Shown: positions 19,955-32,671, numbered from the stretch's first letter. The stretch is DNA of 64,000 nucleotides from Prasinococcaceae sp. CCMP 1430 (GCA_013416795.1 RQSC01000630.1:156832-220831); one strand, 5' to 3'. Notes: a model not told the origin generated them from the letters alone. Numbers and translations are program-made.

Positions 19955-21612
19955 CTGCAAGCGCGCGCATGGGGGGGTGGCGCCGCTGCGCAGCGCCGCG
20001 CCGGCCGCCGGCAGGCTGGGGCTGGGGATGGGCCCGCGAGAGGGGGGCGGCGAAGGGGGAGAGGGAGGCGCGCGCGCCAGGCCAGCGGCGGGAGCGAGCG
20101 CGCGCCGCCCCGCGCGGAATGAGGCGATGAGTGAGAGGGGTCGCACGTGCGCGGGCGATGACAGACAGGCAGCTTGCTGTCGGTGGTGCGCGGCAGGCGA
20201 GTGTGCACGCGCGGGCGGGCGGGCATACACTGTCGCAGTCACCATCACGTGCTGAGCGCAGGCAGGAGCATCTGCGCGCGGCATCATCATCGGTCGAGAG
20301 CGGTCTGGGCGGTGGGGCGGTGCGTGACGCACACTGGCGGACGAGGCGGAGTCCCAACCGAACCACCGGCCGGCGATGCGGCAGCGGGTGAGCAGGAGTG
20401 AGGGTCGCCGCACGCGGCGCGCGAGTGCGGAGCAGTACAGCATTGTTGGTAGTGCTGCAATGCCAGCCAGCACCGGTGGGGCCGGTTTGCGGGCGGTGAC
20501 GAGCCCCCCACGTGCGCCCGGGCGCCCCGCGGGCTGTGGGTGGGGGCTCGGTCGGTTTGTGCTGCGACGGCACCGCGCTGCAACCCTAACGCCCCACATA
20601 CGGTTTGAAAGGAGGGTCCAATGCCCACTTCCGATAATGACTGGCGCGCGCGCGACCGCGCGCGCGCGCGCGCGCGCGTGGGAAAAGATCTGCGCCGGCT
20701 TCCCGCGCGCGTCGTCGTCCGTTCCCAGTTCAGTTCAGTTCGCCTGCGAGGGTTCGCGGCGAGCGGCGCCGGCGCGCCACAGCGCGCCACGGCGCGCGGA
20801 GGGTTGGGTGCTTGCCATGGCGCCCCGGGCCGCTCGGCGCGGCTCCCGCCGGCTCCGATCCACCTCCTGCGCGCGCGGCGGCGGGATCGGGGGCGCGGAC
20901 GGGTCGCGCGCTGAGTGACCGCACCAGCCCGCACGCCCCCCTCCCTCACACACACACGCCTCCCCGTGCCTGCACCCTCACGTCCCGACGCACGCGCGCG
21001 CGAGCGCGCGCGTGCGCCGCCCGCCGAGCCAAACGCACAAATGCCTGCGTTTCAAACTCCTCCCCCCTTGTTCAGCTGCTGTGCGCCCGTCCGCACGCTG
21101 CGCCTCCGGCCGCGGATCCGCGGCACACTCCGCTCCCGCGACTGCCCGGCCGACGCTGCTGACCTGTGACCGATCGATCGATCGACCCGAGCCAGATCGA
21201 CACGACGAACGACGACGAAAGCCGGCCGGCCCGCGCCGCCGCCGCAGAGGCGCGGATCCGGATCCGCGCCTGGGTCGCCGGTTTTGACCGCCGCGCGACC
21301 GCCGGCGACGGCGGCGGGATTGTCATCCAAATAACGGGGGCCGCGCGGCGGGGCCCTTCCTTCCGCGGCCCCATCAATTCGCGCTCCCTTCTTCCTCGTG
21401 CGCTCTCGCGGGGCGGACGCCAGGGATTCCATTTCACATTGAGTTTTTGTTTTGGTTTTGGGGAATCCATAGATGCATCTTGATATACGATGTGGTACGC
21501 AGATGGTGCGGATTCGCTGCGAGCGCCGCGCGGGTGTTTGCCAGCGCGCGCGCGCTCCCCTTCCCCTTCCGCCAACAGCCCGCGCGCGCCGGTGCGCGCC
21601 CCCGCCGCGTAG

Positions 21613-21965
21613 ATTGACTACCAGGACATCTCGTACTACTCCGCGCCGAAGACGAAGGAGAAGAAAGCGTCCATGGACGAGGTGGACCCCGAGCTCGTGC
21701 GGACCTTCGACAAGCTGGGCATCCCGCTCAACGAGCAGAAGCGACTTGCCAACGTCGCCGTGGACGTGGTGTTCGACAGCGTGTCCATCGCGACGACGTT
21801 CAAGGAGGACCTCGCCAAGGCCGGCGTGATCTTCTGCAGCATCTCGGAGGCGGTGAAGGACTACCCCGAGCTGGTGAAGAAGTACCTGGGCACGGTCGTC
21901 CCGCCGAGGGACAACTACTTCGCCGCGCTCAACAGCGCGGTGTTTACAGACGGCAGCTTCGTGTT

Positions 21966-22004
<39 letters not shown>

Positions 22005-22317
22005 GTACTTCCGCATCAACGAGATGGAAACCGGGCAGTTCGAGCGCACGCTCATCGTCGCCGAGGAGGGTTCGCACGTGTCCTACCTTGAGGGGTGCAC
22101 CGCCCCCGCATACGACGAGAACCAGTTGCACGCTGCCATCGTCGAGCTCGTGTGCGAGAAGGACGCGGAGATCAAGTACTCGACGGTGCAGAACTGGTAC
22201 GCCGGCGACGCCGAGGGCAGGGGTGGCATCTACAATTTCGTGACCAAGCGGGGGCTGTGCGCTGGCGAAAACTCCAAGATCTCCTGGACGCAGGTGGAGA
22301 CCGGGTCGGCCGTCACG

Positions 22318-22349
<32 letters not shown>

Positions 22350-22827
22350 CAACTCCGTGGGTGAGTTCTACTCGGTGGCGCTCACCAACAACATGCAGCA
22401 GGCCGACACGGGCACCAAGATGGTGCACATCGGGAAGAACACGCGCTCGCGCATCGTCTCGAAGGGCATCTCGGCGGGCAAGTCGCAGAACGCCTACCGC
22501 GGGCTCGTGCAGGTGCAGCCGACCGCGGTGGGCGCGCGCAACTACTCGCAGTGCGACAGCATGCTCATCGGCGACAACGCGGCGGCCAACACGTACCCGT
22601 ACATCTCGGTGCGCGATCCGGCGAGCCGCGTTGAGCACGAGGCGTCCACCTCGAAGATCGGCGAGGAACAGCTCTTCTACTTCCAGCAGCGCGGGATCGA
22701 CCTCGAGGAGGCGGTAGGCGTGATCATCAGCGGCTTCTGTCAGGACGTCTTCCGGGAGCTCCCGCTCGAGTTCGCCGCGGAGGTGTCGCAGCTCATGAGC
22801 CTCAAGCTCGAGAATGCCGTCGGCTGA
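21613..22827 (+). CDS. SUFB: Plastid Fe-S cluster scaffold SufB, last exon (N-terminal exon(s) not found)
   Basis: TAG acceptor then [91 protein letters not shown]. Confidence 0.96.
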
Positions 22828-23182
22828 AGCCCCTGCCCAGGTCGCTGCGCGCATGGCCGGCACGCGGCGATGGCCGGCCGAGATGTCGCGCGAAGGTGCG
22901 CTGAGTTTTGTAACATATACGAGGGGTTGGCTTTCCTTTTCTCGCGGAGTGCTCTGATGTCGGGCTCGACAGGCGGGCGGCGCGAGCGCGCAGGCCCGAG
23001 CGACGTCATCGAGGCGCTGGTTTGTCTAGTCTTTGTTTTTGTTACTGCGTCGCGCCGCAGATACTTATTGCTCGCCAGGCCCGCAGCTAGAGGAGCGCGC
23101 CGGGTGTGCCCTCAACACTACGTGAGCAAGAGGTCGCCTGGCAGTCACGGGAGCGACCGAGGCGTAGCGCTGCGTTGCGCAG

Positions 23183-23847
23183 TCAGAGGCCGAACTCCGC
23201 CTCCAGGTCGGCAAGGTCGGCGTCGGCGTCGTCCTCCCCCAGCGGTCCGTCGAGCGCGCCCGGGATATAGTTCAGCCTCACGTCGAAGACCACCGGCGCG
23301 CCCTCGGGAATGGCCGGTCGGCCCGGCGCGGCTGGCAAGGACTTGCCGTAGCTCAGCTCGCCCTCGATGAACATGCGCCGAACGCCGCCCCTGCGTGCGC
23401 GTGCGCGTGCGCGCGCAGTTGCGTCAGCGATGGGGCCATCAGGCGGGCCCTCCGGGCGGGCGCTTTCGGCGGACGCACTCGCGCGCATACGCACATCTTC
23501 ATGCCCATGACGCCCTCGTCCAGGCCTAGGATGAGCAGCGGTTCCTCTGTGCCGACGCGAATATCGATGGGGCTGCCACGGTCGAGCGAGTCCTCGAAAA
23601 TCTGCGCGCCCATGCCCTTGTCGATGGACCCCACCGTGTCGATGCTCACCTGGTCGCCCGGCACCGGCCCGTCGCCGCTGCCCTCGATGATGTCGATGTA
23701 CTTGAGACCGCTCGGCGTCGTCACGGGCTGTACCTCCGCGATGGACTCCTCGCACGCGCTGTCGCAAAGGATCTTGTGCGTCCCCGCGTCCGCCAGCTTG
23801 ATGGCCGCCGCGGGCCCCGCCGCGGCGCCCGCGAGCGCCGCCGAGCG
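23183..23847 (-). CDS. Thylakoid-lumen FKBP-type peptidyl-prolyl isomerase (FKBP16-3-like), intron 23391-23494; 5' transit part not found
   Basis: Signal end ..AGAAAGPAAA, LCDSACEESI..VTTPSGLKYIDIIEGSG, LILGLDEGVMGMK|MGGVRRMFI.GELSY..AAPGRP.IP..VVFDVRLNYIPG. Confidence 0.85.
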
Positions 23848-24165
23848 CTGTCATCACCGCGAGCGCCCCCACCGCCCCGGCGAACACTCTCGCGCGCGAG
23901 GTCGACGCCCGTGCCACCTCCCACACCATATCCAAATGTCATTTTATCCACACGCCTTCGGGGCAGCCCACGTCAGCCAGAGAGAGACCTGCGGCCGGCA
24001 CAGACCACCGCTGCAAGCTGGGATAAATACTACAACGCAACGCAGCGGCGCGTGCGGCGAGGCGCGAAAACAACAACCAGGCGCCCGCGGATCGAAAGAC
24101 GGGCATCGGACGCCCCTCTCTCTCTCTCTCCAGTGCTCTCTCGTCGCCTGGTCGATCGATCGTCC

Positions 24166-24443
<278 letters not shown>

Positions 24444-25308
24444 NCGCAGGTACGCCGCGCGCGCGCCCTGCGCTCGGAGGCGGGGTCGGTGGGTAGGGCT
24501 TTCGGCGTCTCTCTTTTTTTTTTTTGGTGGCGTCGGGAGGAGGGGAGAGGAGGCGCGCGGAGTGGGACGATGGGCGCGCGCGCGAGGGCGCGCGGCCGCG
24601 CGCGCGCGCGCGCGCGACGCGGGATTCGGGGGATTGCGAGGCGCCCTTGCGCCCCATGCCGCGGCCTCAGCCCTCGGTGGGAGGCGGGTGGGTGGGGAGG
24701 CGCCTCTGCTCCTGCGCGCATGCCCTGCCTGGGTGGTGTGCGCGTGCGCTGGCGTGGCAAGAAATGCCTCGGCAAAAAAAAAAAGAAGGCGGCGAGTGCA
24801 TGGGTGGACGCGACGGCTACGGGGTTGCCGAGCGGGCGTGAGCGCGGCCCCTCTTTGTGGTGTGGCTGCGTGTGCTCGCCGGACAGTCGCGCGTGACTGT
24901 GCGCATGGCCGGGCGCTCGGCGCAATGCCGAACGCCGCAGGGCCCGCACGTCGCCGTGCGCGCGAGGCTGGTCCGGTCTGTCTGGCGGCTGTGTGCGCGC
25001 CGCAAACCGCCGCAAACCGCAGTGTGCGCAACGGCCGGTAGTGGGCGCTCGCAGCCATCTCGCGGGGCGAGTGGTTGTGTGCGACCGCGTCCAACATTTG
25101 CCTGCGCACATGCGAGTGCGCCCGCATGCCGCCGCCGGTGGAGGCTCGTCGGTCGGGTGCTCAGCAGGGAGCGCTGGCGTGGCACTCCGCGACACTCTCA
25201 TGCTCTTGCACGAGCATGAGGCTTCGCTCGCGTTGAGATGCTTGCCGCTGACTTGTCCGTCTGCGCGCGCGCTCGCGCTGCTTGTTGTGCGATTTCCCAT
25301 GCCCATAG

Positions 25309-25694
25309 GCTCGGCGCGTGTGAGCTGCTCGGTGGCCGTGACGAAGACCGCCGATGAGCGCCGCGCCCGCCGCGCGAAGGGTGTCCGCTCGAAGATGCAT
25401 GGCACCGAGGAGCGCCCGCGCCTGTCGGTGTACCGCAGCAACACGCACATGTACGCTCAGATCATCAACGACGACGAGGGGAAGACTCTCTGCGCGTACA
25501 ACACCCGCATGAAGGACTTCGAGCTGGACAACACCTGGGACAAGGAGGCGGCGGAGCTGGTGGGTAAGAAGGTCGCGGAGAAGGCATTGGCTGCGGGCGT
25601 GGAGAAGGTGTGCTTCGACCGCTCGGGGTTCAAATACCATGGGCGCATTGCGAGCGTCGCCGACGGGGCGCGCGAGGGCGGCCTGAAGTTCTAA
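25309..25694 (+). CDS. RPL18: Plastid ribosomal protein uL18c, last exon (probable donor CAG|GTACGC at 24449/24450; first exon lost at the join)
   Basis: [75 protein letters not shown]; CATAG acceptor at 25308. Confidence 0.93.
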
Positions 25695-25869
25695 TTATGC
25701 CCCCCACTTCACCCTGTGACATGTAAGATCTATTTGACTACCCTCTACCCTCGCGGCGGCTTGCGCCGCGGCACTAGTGGCATCAGCGGGCCAGCGGGGT
25801 GATTGACGCGCGGTGCGTTGTAGTCGTTTCTTAGAGCCACACTTCAATCGTCGCGCGAGCACCCCGTCC

Positions 25870-28800
25870 TCACGCGAACTGCTCTAGTTCGCCTCTGCCG
25901 TCCTCGTCCGCGAAGCGCACCTTGCGCGCATTGCCATTGCGACGAGCAGTCTCAGGGGGCACGACGGCCCCGGAAGCCGCCAATCGCTCTTGAATGGCCG
26001 CGGCGTCGACCGCGCCGCCGCCAGCGGTGGTCGACTGCAGCCACGCACACAATTCGCGGTACGCGGCCAGCTTCGTGGCCACCTCAAGAGAGCGCGGCGA
26101 GGGCGACTGCGATCCCTCGCGAGCCTTCAGGCAGCTCTTGAGTCGCTTGGTGGGCGGCGCGACGCTGGTGCCCCCGTACATGAGCGACCCAGGACGCCGC
26201 CTCGCGACGGGTGATGAGCGCGGCGGGCTGAGCGGGAGCGCAGAGGGCGGCGGCGAGCCGATGTGGCCATCCCGTCCCTGCGGCGTAGTGTGTAGCGGCT
26301 TTGACTTCTGCGTGGACCGGCGCACGGCCCGTACCTTGCGCGCGGCGCTGAGCAGCTTGGCACCACGCCTGCGGCTGCCAACGAAGCTCGAACCGCTGGC
26401 ACCGTCACCCTGCTGCGAGGCCGGAGTCGACGCCGGAGGAGAGTCATCCGACGACGCCGCACGCACCATTTCCATTTGGCTTTGCGGGCTCATCGCCGTC
26501 TTTCGATTAGCGCTTAGCGATGTGGCGCGGGCAGAGGCCGACTTGTCAGCGCCCTGGCCATCGGGGGCTTCATCCGCCGGCGACTCCTCTCCTGCGACCA
26601 TATCGAACTCGGCTTTGAGAGTGCGGACCTCCGGAGAGGCTGCCGCGGCTGCCCCTTTGTGCGCGTAAGGCGGAGACACTCCGTGCCCCTCGGAGCTGCC
26701 AAGCTCTAGCGGGCTCGGCGGCACAACTGCTGGCACGCCGGTGGCCCCCGCACCGTCTCCCGGCCCTGGCGCCTCGAGCCCGTTGTCATCGTCGGCATCG
26801 AACGCTGCTCCGGCCTCTTTGGGTGGGGTGAGGGACGCGGCGGCGTCAGATGCCTCGGTCGCCGCGGTCGTGGCGACGTAGGCCGCGTTCACAGCAGCGT
26901 CGGCTGTCGCAGCAACCCTGGCGAGCTTGTCATCTGTCTCCCGTGCCCGACTCTCCAGCGCCTGCACTCGCGCAACCAGCGCGGCGTTCTCGGAGCGCTG
27001 CTTGGAGGCCTCAGCAACGGCCTCCTGAGTGAGAGCGCGCAACTGCTCGATCTGTGCCAGCATTTCCGCCGCGGACACGATTGTGCCCTGCGCAGCTGCC
27101 GCAGCCGCCTCGGGTGACGCACCCTGCGCGCCCACGCGCATGGTATCCATGCTAATAGCCGTGGGCGTCTGCGGCGAAAGCGCGGAACGATGCGCACCGC
27201 CACGAGGCCTGGCCTCGTCACTTGCCGACGCAGGCGGTCGAACCCACGCGCTCAGCTCGATCTGCTCCGCTCGGTCGCCTAGCGGCGTGAAGTCGTCTGA
27301 GACCATCACCTGCTTTGGCCAGCACACTTGCGGGTCCTCGTCGTGCTGTGGCCGGGTCCTCTGCTCGTGCTGAACCCTTTGCGCCGGCTCCTTCGCCAGA
27401 CCGCGCGTGCACACTTCGACCCACTCCATTGAGGGATTGACCGCCACAAGTTCCCCGCTCGTGAGGCGAATCCGTAGAACGCCTTTGTCCGAGCCCGCTT
27501 TGGTGCACACCACTCCTGCGACCCACTTACGCGCAGAGTCGACATCGGTGGGACTCTCGCACCAGTAGCAGCGCACATCGACGCCGCCACGACGCGAGAG
27601 CTCCACCAGCGCCGACGCCGATGTCTCCCGTGCCCACCTAGGGGCCACATCGCCGTCTGATGCAGCTGTCTCAGAGACGTGCGTGCCCGCAGGCGCCTCG
27701 GCATCGGCGCTAAATCCTATCGAAATGCCACCATTGAAGTACGGCGCGCGCGCGGAGCAGAGGGCGTTGAGAGAAGTGCCCATCTGCTTTCGCATGGCTG
27801 CAACAGCGGAGGGAGGAAGCATTTTTTCTCCTTCCGGTGGGAGAGCAACCGCGACCTTGTTGAGATTGAGGATTTGCACGCCCTCGGCATTCTCGAAGCG
27901 AAGCACGCTCTCGCCGTTGGTCAGGTGTGCGAGCACTGTCGCGCTCGTAGCCATGCGATCGGCACTGAGCAGCGTCAACTTCTGCCCTGGTCTGCATATG
28001 AAAGTGCCCTTGCGCTTGGGCGCCCGAGTTGCTGATGAGGCTGGCGGCGAAGAGACGGCCGCCGTGGACACATCGCATGCAGGCTCGACCTCGATATCAT
28101 CCTCGGGGGCCGGATCCACTACTGAGGTTCCTACCATAGGGGCCTCCTCTGCGTCCCTTTCCTCCGTCCGCGCCTCGCCTTGTGTGCTGGCCGCGATCTG
28201 CTCGGCCTCCATTGCTAAGGGCTCCTCGGACTCCTCGCGCACCTGCTCCACGGCGACTGCAGATGCCTCATTGGCGGCGGCCTCCGCCTCTGTGGGGGCG
28301 TTGACTTCTTCGCCATCGCGCCCCTCGACCTCGACGGCTACTGCAGCTGCTGCCACAGAAGTGACCATGGCATGAGCGCCGGTGGCTGTCTCGACCTCTG
28401 CGAAAGTCGCCTTATCGCCGTTAGCCTCACCCTCGCCATCAGCCGCAGCCTCAGCATGGGCTCCCTCCTCAGCCTGGGGCTGGGCAATAGCGTGGGCGCT
28501 CGCCTCGGTCGCGGCCTGGGCGCACGTGCTTGGCCCAGCATCGTCCTCGCCCTTGACCGCGGCATCGCGAGCATCAAGCAAGGCAACGACTCCCTCGGAG
28601 CGACCGCCACAAGCGACAGTCGCCTCAGCTGGAGCGTCGTGTTGTGCGGTCTCGTCGCCGGCAGCCTGGGCGGCCTCGCCGTCAGCTTCGCGCTTGGGAG
28701 ATATTTCCGAACCCTGCGCCTCGCCCTTGGTGATCTTCTTCAGGAATCTTGCTTCGCGCGTCCTCCTCATGCGCGCGCGGACGGCCTCCTTCTTGGCCTC

Positions 28801-29286
28801 TGGGTCCAATTCGCTCTCAGGGATCTCGCCGCGCGCTTTGGCTGCTTCGGCCCTCAACCTTCGCATGCGCAGCCTGGCCATCTCCTTCCTCTCGGCCTTC
28901 GTGAGCTTCTTCTTCGGCGCCAGTGCCTTGCCGGTGGTTGTCCCATCCTGCGCCTTCTTCGGTTTCCTCTTGCCGCTGGCGCGAGGCTTGCGCTGCACTG
29001 CCGGGGGCGCGTCCTCCTCGGGCTTCTCCGCGGTCTGTCTGGCGGGCCGCGACATGCGGCGAGGCGCGTGGGCCGCGCTCTGCTCTTCGACGGCGGCAGC
29101 CCCCTCATTCGCCGGCTGCGGTGGCCTGCGAGCTGCCCTCCTCGCCCTGTACTCGGCAGCCCTCTTGGCCTTGGCGGCCCTTTCCTCGGCCCTTTTCCTC
29201 GTGCGCTCCGCGTTGTATTGGCGGTGGTACTCCTTGCGGTCGTCCGCCGTCTGCGGCGTGCCGGCGCCCGCTGCCTGCGGCTCCAT
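25870..29286 (-). CDS. Large, probably nuclear low-complexity protein (basic N-terminus, possible Tudor/SH3-like beta domains, coiled coil, C-terminal RVxF motif)
   Basis: 1138-aa open frame from ATG 29286; KR-rich helices, VRCYW..KWVAGVV..LRIRLTSGE segment, ends LKSCLK..RKVRFADEDGRGELEQFA. Confidence 0.7.
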   Translation of the reverse strand: MEPQAAGAGTPQTADDRKEYHRQYNAERTRKRAEERAAKAKRAAEYRARRAARRPPQPANEGAAAVEEQSAAHAPRRMSRPARQTAEKPEEDAPPAVQRKPRASGKRKPKKAQDGTTTGKALAPKKKLTKAERKEMARLRMRRLRAEAAKARGEIPESELDPEAKKEAVRARMRRTREARFLKKITKGEAQGSEISPKREADGEAAQAAGDETAQHDAPAEATVACGGRSEGVVALLDARDAAVKGEDDAGPSTCAQAATEASAHAIAQPQAEEGAHAEAAADGEGEANGDKATFAEVETATGAHAMVTSVAAAAVAVEVEGRDGEEVNAPTEAEAAANEASAVAVEQVREESEEPLAMEAEQIAASTQGEARTEERDAEEAPMVGTSVVDPAPEDDIEVEPACDVSTAAVSSPPASSATRAPKRKGTFICRPGQKLTLLSADRMATSATVLAHLTNGESVLRFENAEGVQILNLNKVAVALPPEGEKMLPPSAVAAMRKQMGTSLNALCSARAPYFNGGISIGFSADAEAPAGTHVSETAASDGDVAPRWARETSASALVELSRRGGVDVRCYWCESPTDVDSARKWVAGVVCTKAGSDKGVLRIRLTSGELVAVNPSMEWVEVCTRGLAKEPAQRVQHEQRTRPQHDEDPQVCWPKQVMVSDDFTPLGDRAEQIELSAWVRPPASASDEARPRGGAHRSALSPQTPTAISMDTMRVGAQGASPEAAAAAAQGTIVSAAEMLAQIEQLRALTQEAVAEASKQRSENAALVARVQALESRARETDDKLARVAATADAAVNAAYVATTAATEASDAAASLTPPKEAGAAFDADDDNGLEAPGPGDGAGATGVPAVVPPSPLELGSSEGHGVSPPYAHKGAAAAASPEVRTLKAEFDMVAGEESPADEAPDGQGADKSASARATSLSANRKTAMSPQSQMEMVRAASSDDSPPASTPASQQGDGASGSSFVGSRRRGAKLLSAARKVRAVRRSTQKSKPLHTTPQGRDGHIGSPPPSALPLSPPRSSPVARRRPGSLMYGGTSVAPPTKRLKSCLKAREGSQSPSPRSLEVATKLAAYRELCAWLQSTTAGGGAVDAAAIQERLAASGAVVPPETARRNGNARKVRFADEDGRGELEQFA

Positions 29287-30225
29287 CGGCTTTCGCGCGC
29301 CCGCTCGCGGGGCGCGCGCGCGCGAGGGGAGAGGGAGCGGGCGGGGGGGGGAGGTTGGCGGGCCGCGCGCGGGCACGCATCGCAAACTTCATTTACGGTT
29401 CTATTTAATCAGGGTTTGAATTGGGTTCGCCTCGCCCCGCCCCGCCATTCCCTTTGACACGCGGTCGTGCGGGGCGGGCGGGCGGGCTGTTTGGGTTGGG
29501 CGCGCTCCCGAGGGGGCTCCGATCACGCGCGGCGGGAACGCGCGCGCGGCCCGCCAAAAAACCGAAACGCGAGTTCCCGCCCGAAACACCGCCCGGCAGA
29601 ACGCTGGTCGGTTGATGGCTTGGGGGGGCGGGGTCGATCGATCGAGGGGGTCGGGGCCGCGAAGGCCGATGATCCGGGGAATCGACGGGAGGAAACGGGG
29701 AAGCGAGGCGAAGGGAAGCGCAAACAGACCTGGTCAGGCGACGGCAAGGCCGGGGTGAGGACGGGTGGGCGGCCGCGCGCGGTGGTGGGTGTGTGCGTGC
29801 GCGGGCGGGTGGGTGGGTGGGTGGGTGGGGCATGCGGGGACACGCGGGGAGGCGCGCTACAGCCGGGGTCTGACTTGGCGCGGACGCGGACTGGGGTTCG
29901 GGAGCGCCGCCGGCGTGGAGGTGAGCGGGGCGCAGGCTGTGCGCGCCGCTGCGGCGCTCCCCCCCCCCCCGACCACCTGAAAGGACGGCGGCCAACGCAA
30001 CGTCGCATCCCTCCGCCCAAACGCGCGCTTTGTGGACGCAATGGTGCATCTTCGCAAATGAGGGATTGCGATTAGCCATCAGCGCACCATCATATGGTGG
30101 TGGGATGCGCTCCGCCAATGGTAGCGTCGTGGCCCTGGAATTAGCAGATATGTAGTGGGCGCGGCCTCTGCTAGCTGCTGCTGAGGTACAAGGTCCCTTC
30201 GAGAGTGCTCGTGCACCCTTGCGTC

Positions 30226-30270
30226 CGTCGCTGTCGTTGTCGCTGTCGTTGTCGCTGTCGTTGTCGTTGC
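30226..30270 (+). repeat. Hexamer microsatellite (CGYTGT)n downstream of the C2H2 gene
   Basis: cgtcgctgtcgttgtcgctgtcgttgtcgctgtcgttgtcgttgc. Confidence 0.85.
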
Positions 30271-30332
30271 CTTTGTCCTGCTGTCGCTGCTTGCGCCGCC
30301 ACCACGATCCGCCGCGCTGGACGGCCGGAGCG

Positions 30333-31815
30333 TTACCCCGCAGGCGTGACGGTCACGGCAGCACCGGCAGCGGATGGTCCGTCTGGCCCAAGAGCGCCTG
30401 CATCCGACGCATCTGGGTTCGTCCGCGCATGCGACGTCTTCGTGCCGGAGCGGCTGCCAATGGCGGCGCCGGCTTTGCGCTTCTGTGCAACGGGCACGCC
30501 CGCCATCGCGTCTCCCTTGCTTGCAAGGCTGAGGCCGCGAGTGCGCGCGTGCTCGGCTGCGCCAGCGAACACCGCTGCGGTGACCGCAGCCACGTGCGAG
30601 GCTGCCGCCAGCTCGGCGCGCGTGACGCGGAATCGCTTTGGTTGGTGCTGCTCAGCCGCTGGGGCCTCCTCCGCAGCGGCGAGCCTATCCGTGCCCGCGC
30701 CGCTGCCGCTGGCACCTTCTGTGGCTGCGGCGGTCGCGTCCGTCGGGCCGCTCTGGTGAGCGCCGGGAGCGGCCCCGGTACCAGCCTCGGCAGCCTCGGC
30801 GTCGTTTGTGTCGTCCTCGACCAGGTCCAGCACATTTGGCAGCGAGAGGATGCGCATCGACTCGATCTTCTTGAGCCACTCCTGCAGATCGCTAAGCTCC
30901 GCAGCGATGCTGTGATCCATCTCACCGAAGAGCGCACCTGCCGCTGCGGCAGCGGCCGCCGCGGCGGCCGCCTCCGACGGGTCCCCGCGCGAACCCGCGG
31001 GCGCCGCCTCCCGGCGGGCGCGCACCTCGGCAGCCGCTGTCGCGATGACCTCGTGCTCCTCCTTAATGCCCTGACCCAGGCGCGCACGCGAACGCTGCAG
31101 GGCCCCAATTCGCCCTTTGGCATCCTCCGCGAGCAGCTCGAGCCACTTGACTGCGGGCTCCGAGAGAGCACTCTTGCGCGCCTGCAGGCGCTGCAGCGCC
31201 AGCTCGCGCATCTGCGCTTGAGTGGCCGCGCCCAGTGCCCCATCGCCTCCGCCCAGCTTGGTGAGCGCGCCCAGCAGCTCGTCTTCCTCGGTCACTTCGG
31301 TGCCAACACCGGTACCGCTCGGTACTCCCGTCATCTCCATCTGAATGTCTACGTACGGGAACTGAGCGAACAGATCGGCCTCTTCCTTTCGCGGGTGGCC
31401 GCCGGTCGACCTGCCACGCCAGTTAGGGTGGTGCGTGCGCTTGTGGGCACAGAGGGAAGACGCACTGCCGTAGCGCTTCTGACAGCCGTCGATGCCGCAT
31501 ACGTGGCGCTTCTGGTCGTCGGTCAAGCGGCGGCGCGGTCGACGCTGCAACGTTCGCGGCAGGCCAGGCGTTGGTCGCGCCAGCGCGCATCACAGCGGCG
31601 AGGCGATCAGTCAGAACTGCACTGTGTGGCCTAAACGACGTGCGTGCTTCCTAAAGGCGGCGAGCGAGAGGCTTTTTGGACACCACGGCATCCTCGAGCG
31701 CGCTCGCAACCCTCACCTTCTTTGCCTCAGGGTAGAGCGCTTGGAGGAGTCTGCCCTTAGACGTGCCAGCATCGCCTGCATCTGCGCCAGGCGCGTCGCG
31801 CTTGAGGTCCGCCAT
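30333..31815 (-). CDS. C2H2 zinc-finger protein, 2 exons (31815-31717, 31544-30333)
   Basis: AAG|GTGAGG donor and TTGCAG acceptor, phase 0; KKRRPRRRLTDDQKRHVCGIDGCQKRYGSASSLCAHKRTHH. Confidence 0.85.
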
Positions 31816-32139
31816 GCAAGGAAGTAGGCCAATGCACAAGGCCCCCAGTGCAACCACTCTTCACGTCCCACCCCTACTCCTCTCGTCCCGCCGCGAGAGC
31901 GCTGCTCGGCGGTCCACTTGCGCTCACCCACGCGCGTGCGCGAGCACGCGCCGCCCCTACCACGGCGTCACCTTGGGCCGCGAACGCGCCGCGCCGCGCG
32001 AGCCGGGGGACTGCCCCAGCGCGCGCGCGCGATGGGGTCGGGAAAGAAAGGGAGGGAACGGTTGGTGAGGGAGCGGGGCAGGGGGATGGGTGGGTTGGGG
32101 GTCCTCGGGAGGATGTGTCGTGCGCGCGCGCGAGGGCGA

Positions 32140-32671
32140 ATCGTCGACATCGTGCGCACCACGCTCGGGCCGCGCGGCATGGACAAGCTCGTGGTCGACA
32201 AGAACAAGGGCCAGTCGACCATCTCGAACGACGGCGCGACTATCATGAAGCTGCTCGACATCGTGCACCCCGCGGCCAAGACCCTCGTGGACATCGCGCG
32301 CTCGCAGGACTCGGAGGTGGGCGACGGCACCACCACCGTCGTGCTCCTCGCAGGCGAGATGCTGCGCGAGGCCAAGCAGTACGTCGAGGACGGCGTGCAC
32401 CCGCAGCTCATCATGCGCGCGTTCCGCACGGCGCACCGCCTGGCCACCGCGCGCCTCAAGGAGCTCGCCGTGTCGATCGCCGGCAAGGACCCCGCCGACC
32501 GCCGCGAGCTGCTCATCAAGTGCGCCAAGACGTCGATGAACTCGAAGCTCATCGGCGGTGAGAGGGACTTCTTCGGCCCCATGGTGGTCGATGCGGTGCT
32601 CGCCACCGAGGCCGCCGACCTGCGCGAGAACCTCATCGGCATCAAGAAGGTCACAGGCGGCACCATGCGCG
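32140..32671 (+). CDS. CCT7: T-complex protein 1 subunit eta, internal fragment (5' missing, 3' cut by N at 32672)
   Basis: [89 protein letters not shown]. Confidence 0.93.

Noticed and set aside
21613-22827. SufB as plastid DNA insertion or HGT
   Set aside because: Nuclear SufB is normal in green plants, and it has host codon usage and a splice acceptor.
16158-22863. Long antisense ORFs (16158-18290 +, 18456-19694 +, 21052-22863 -) and similar ones elsewhere
   Set aside because: They are shadow frames of high-GC3 genes with no recognisable motifs.
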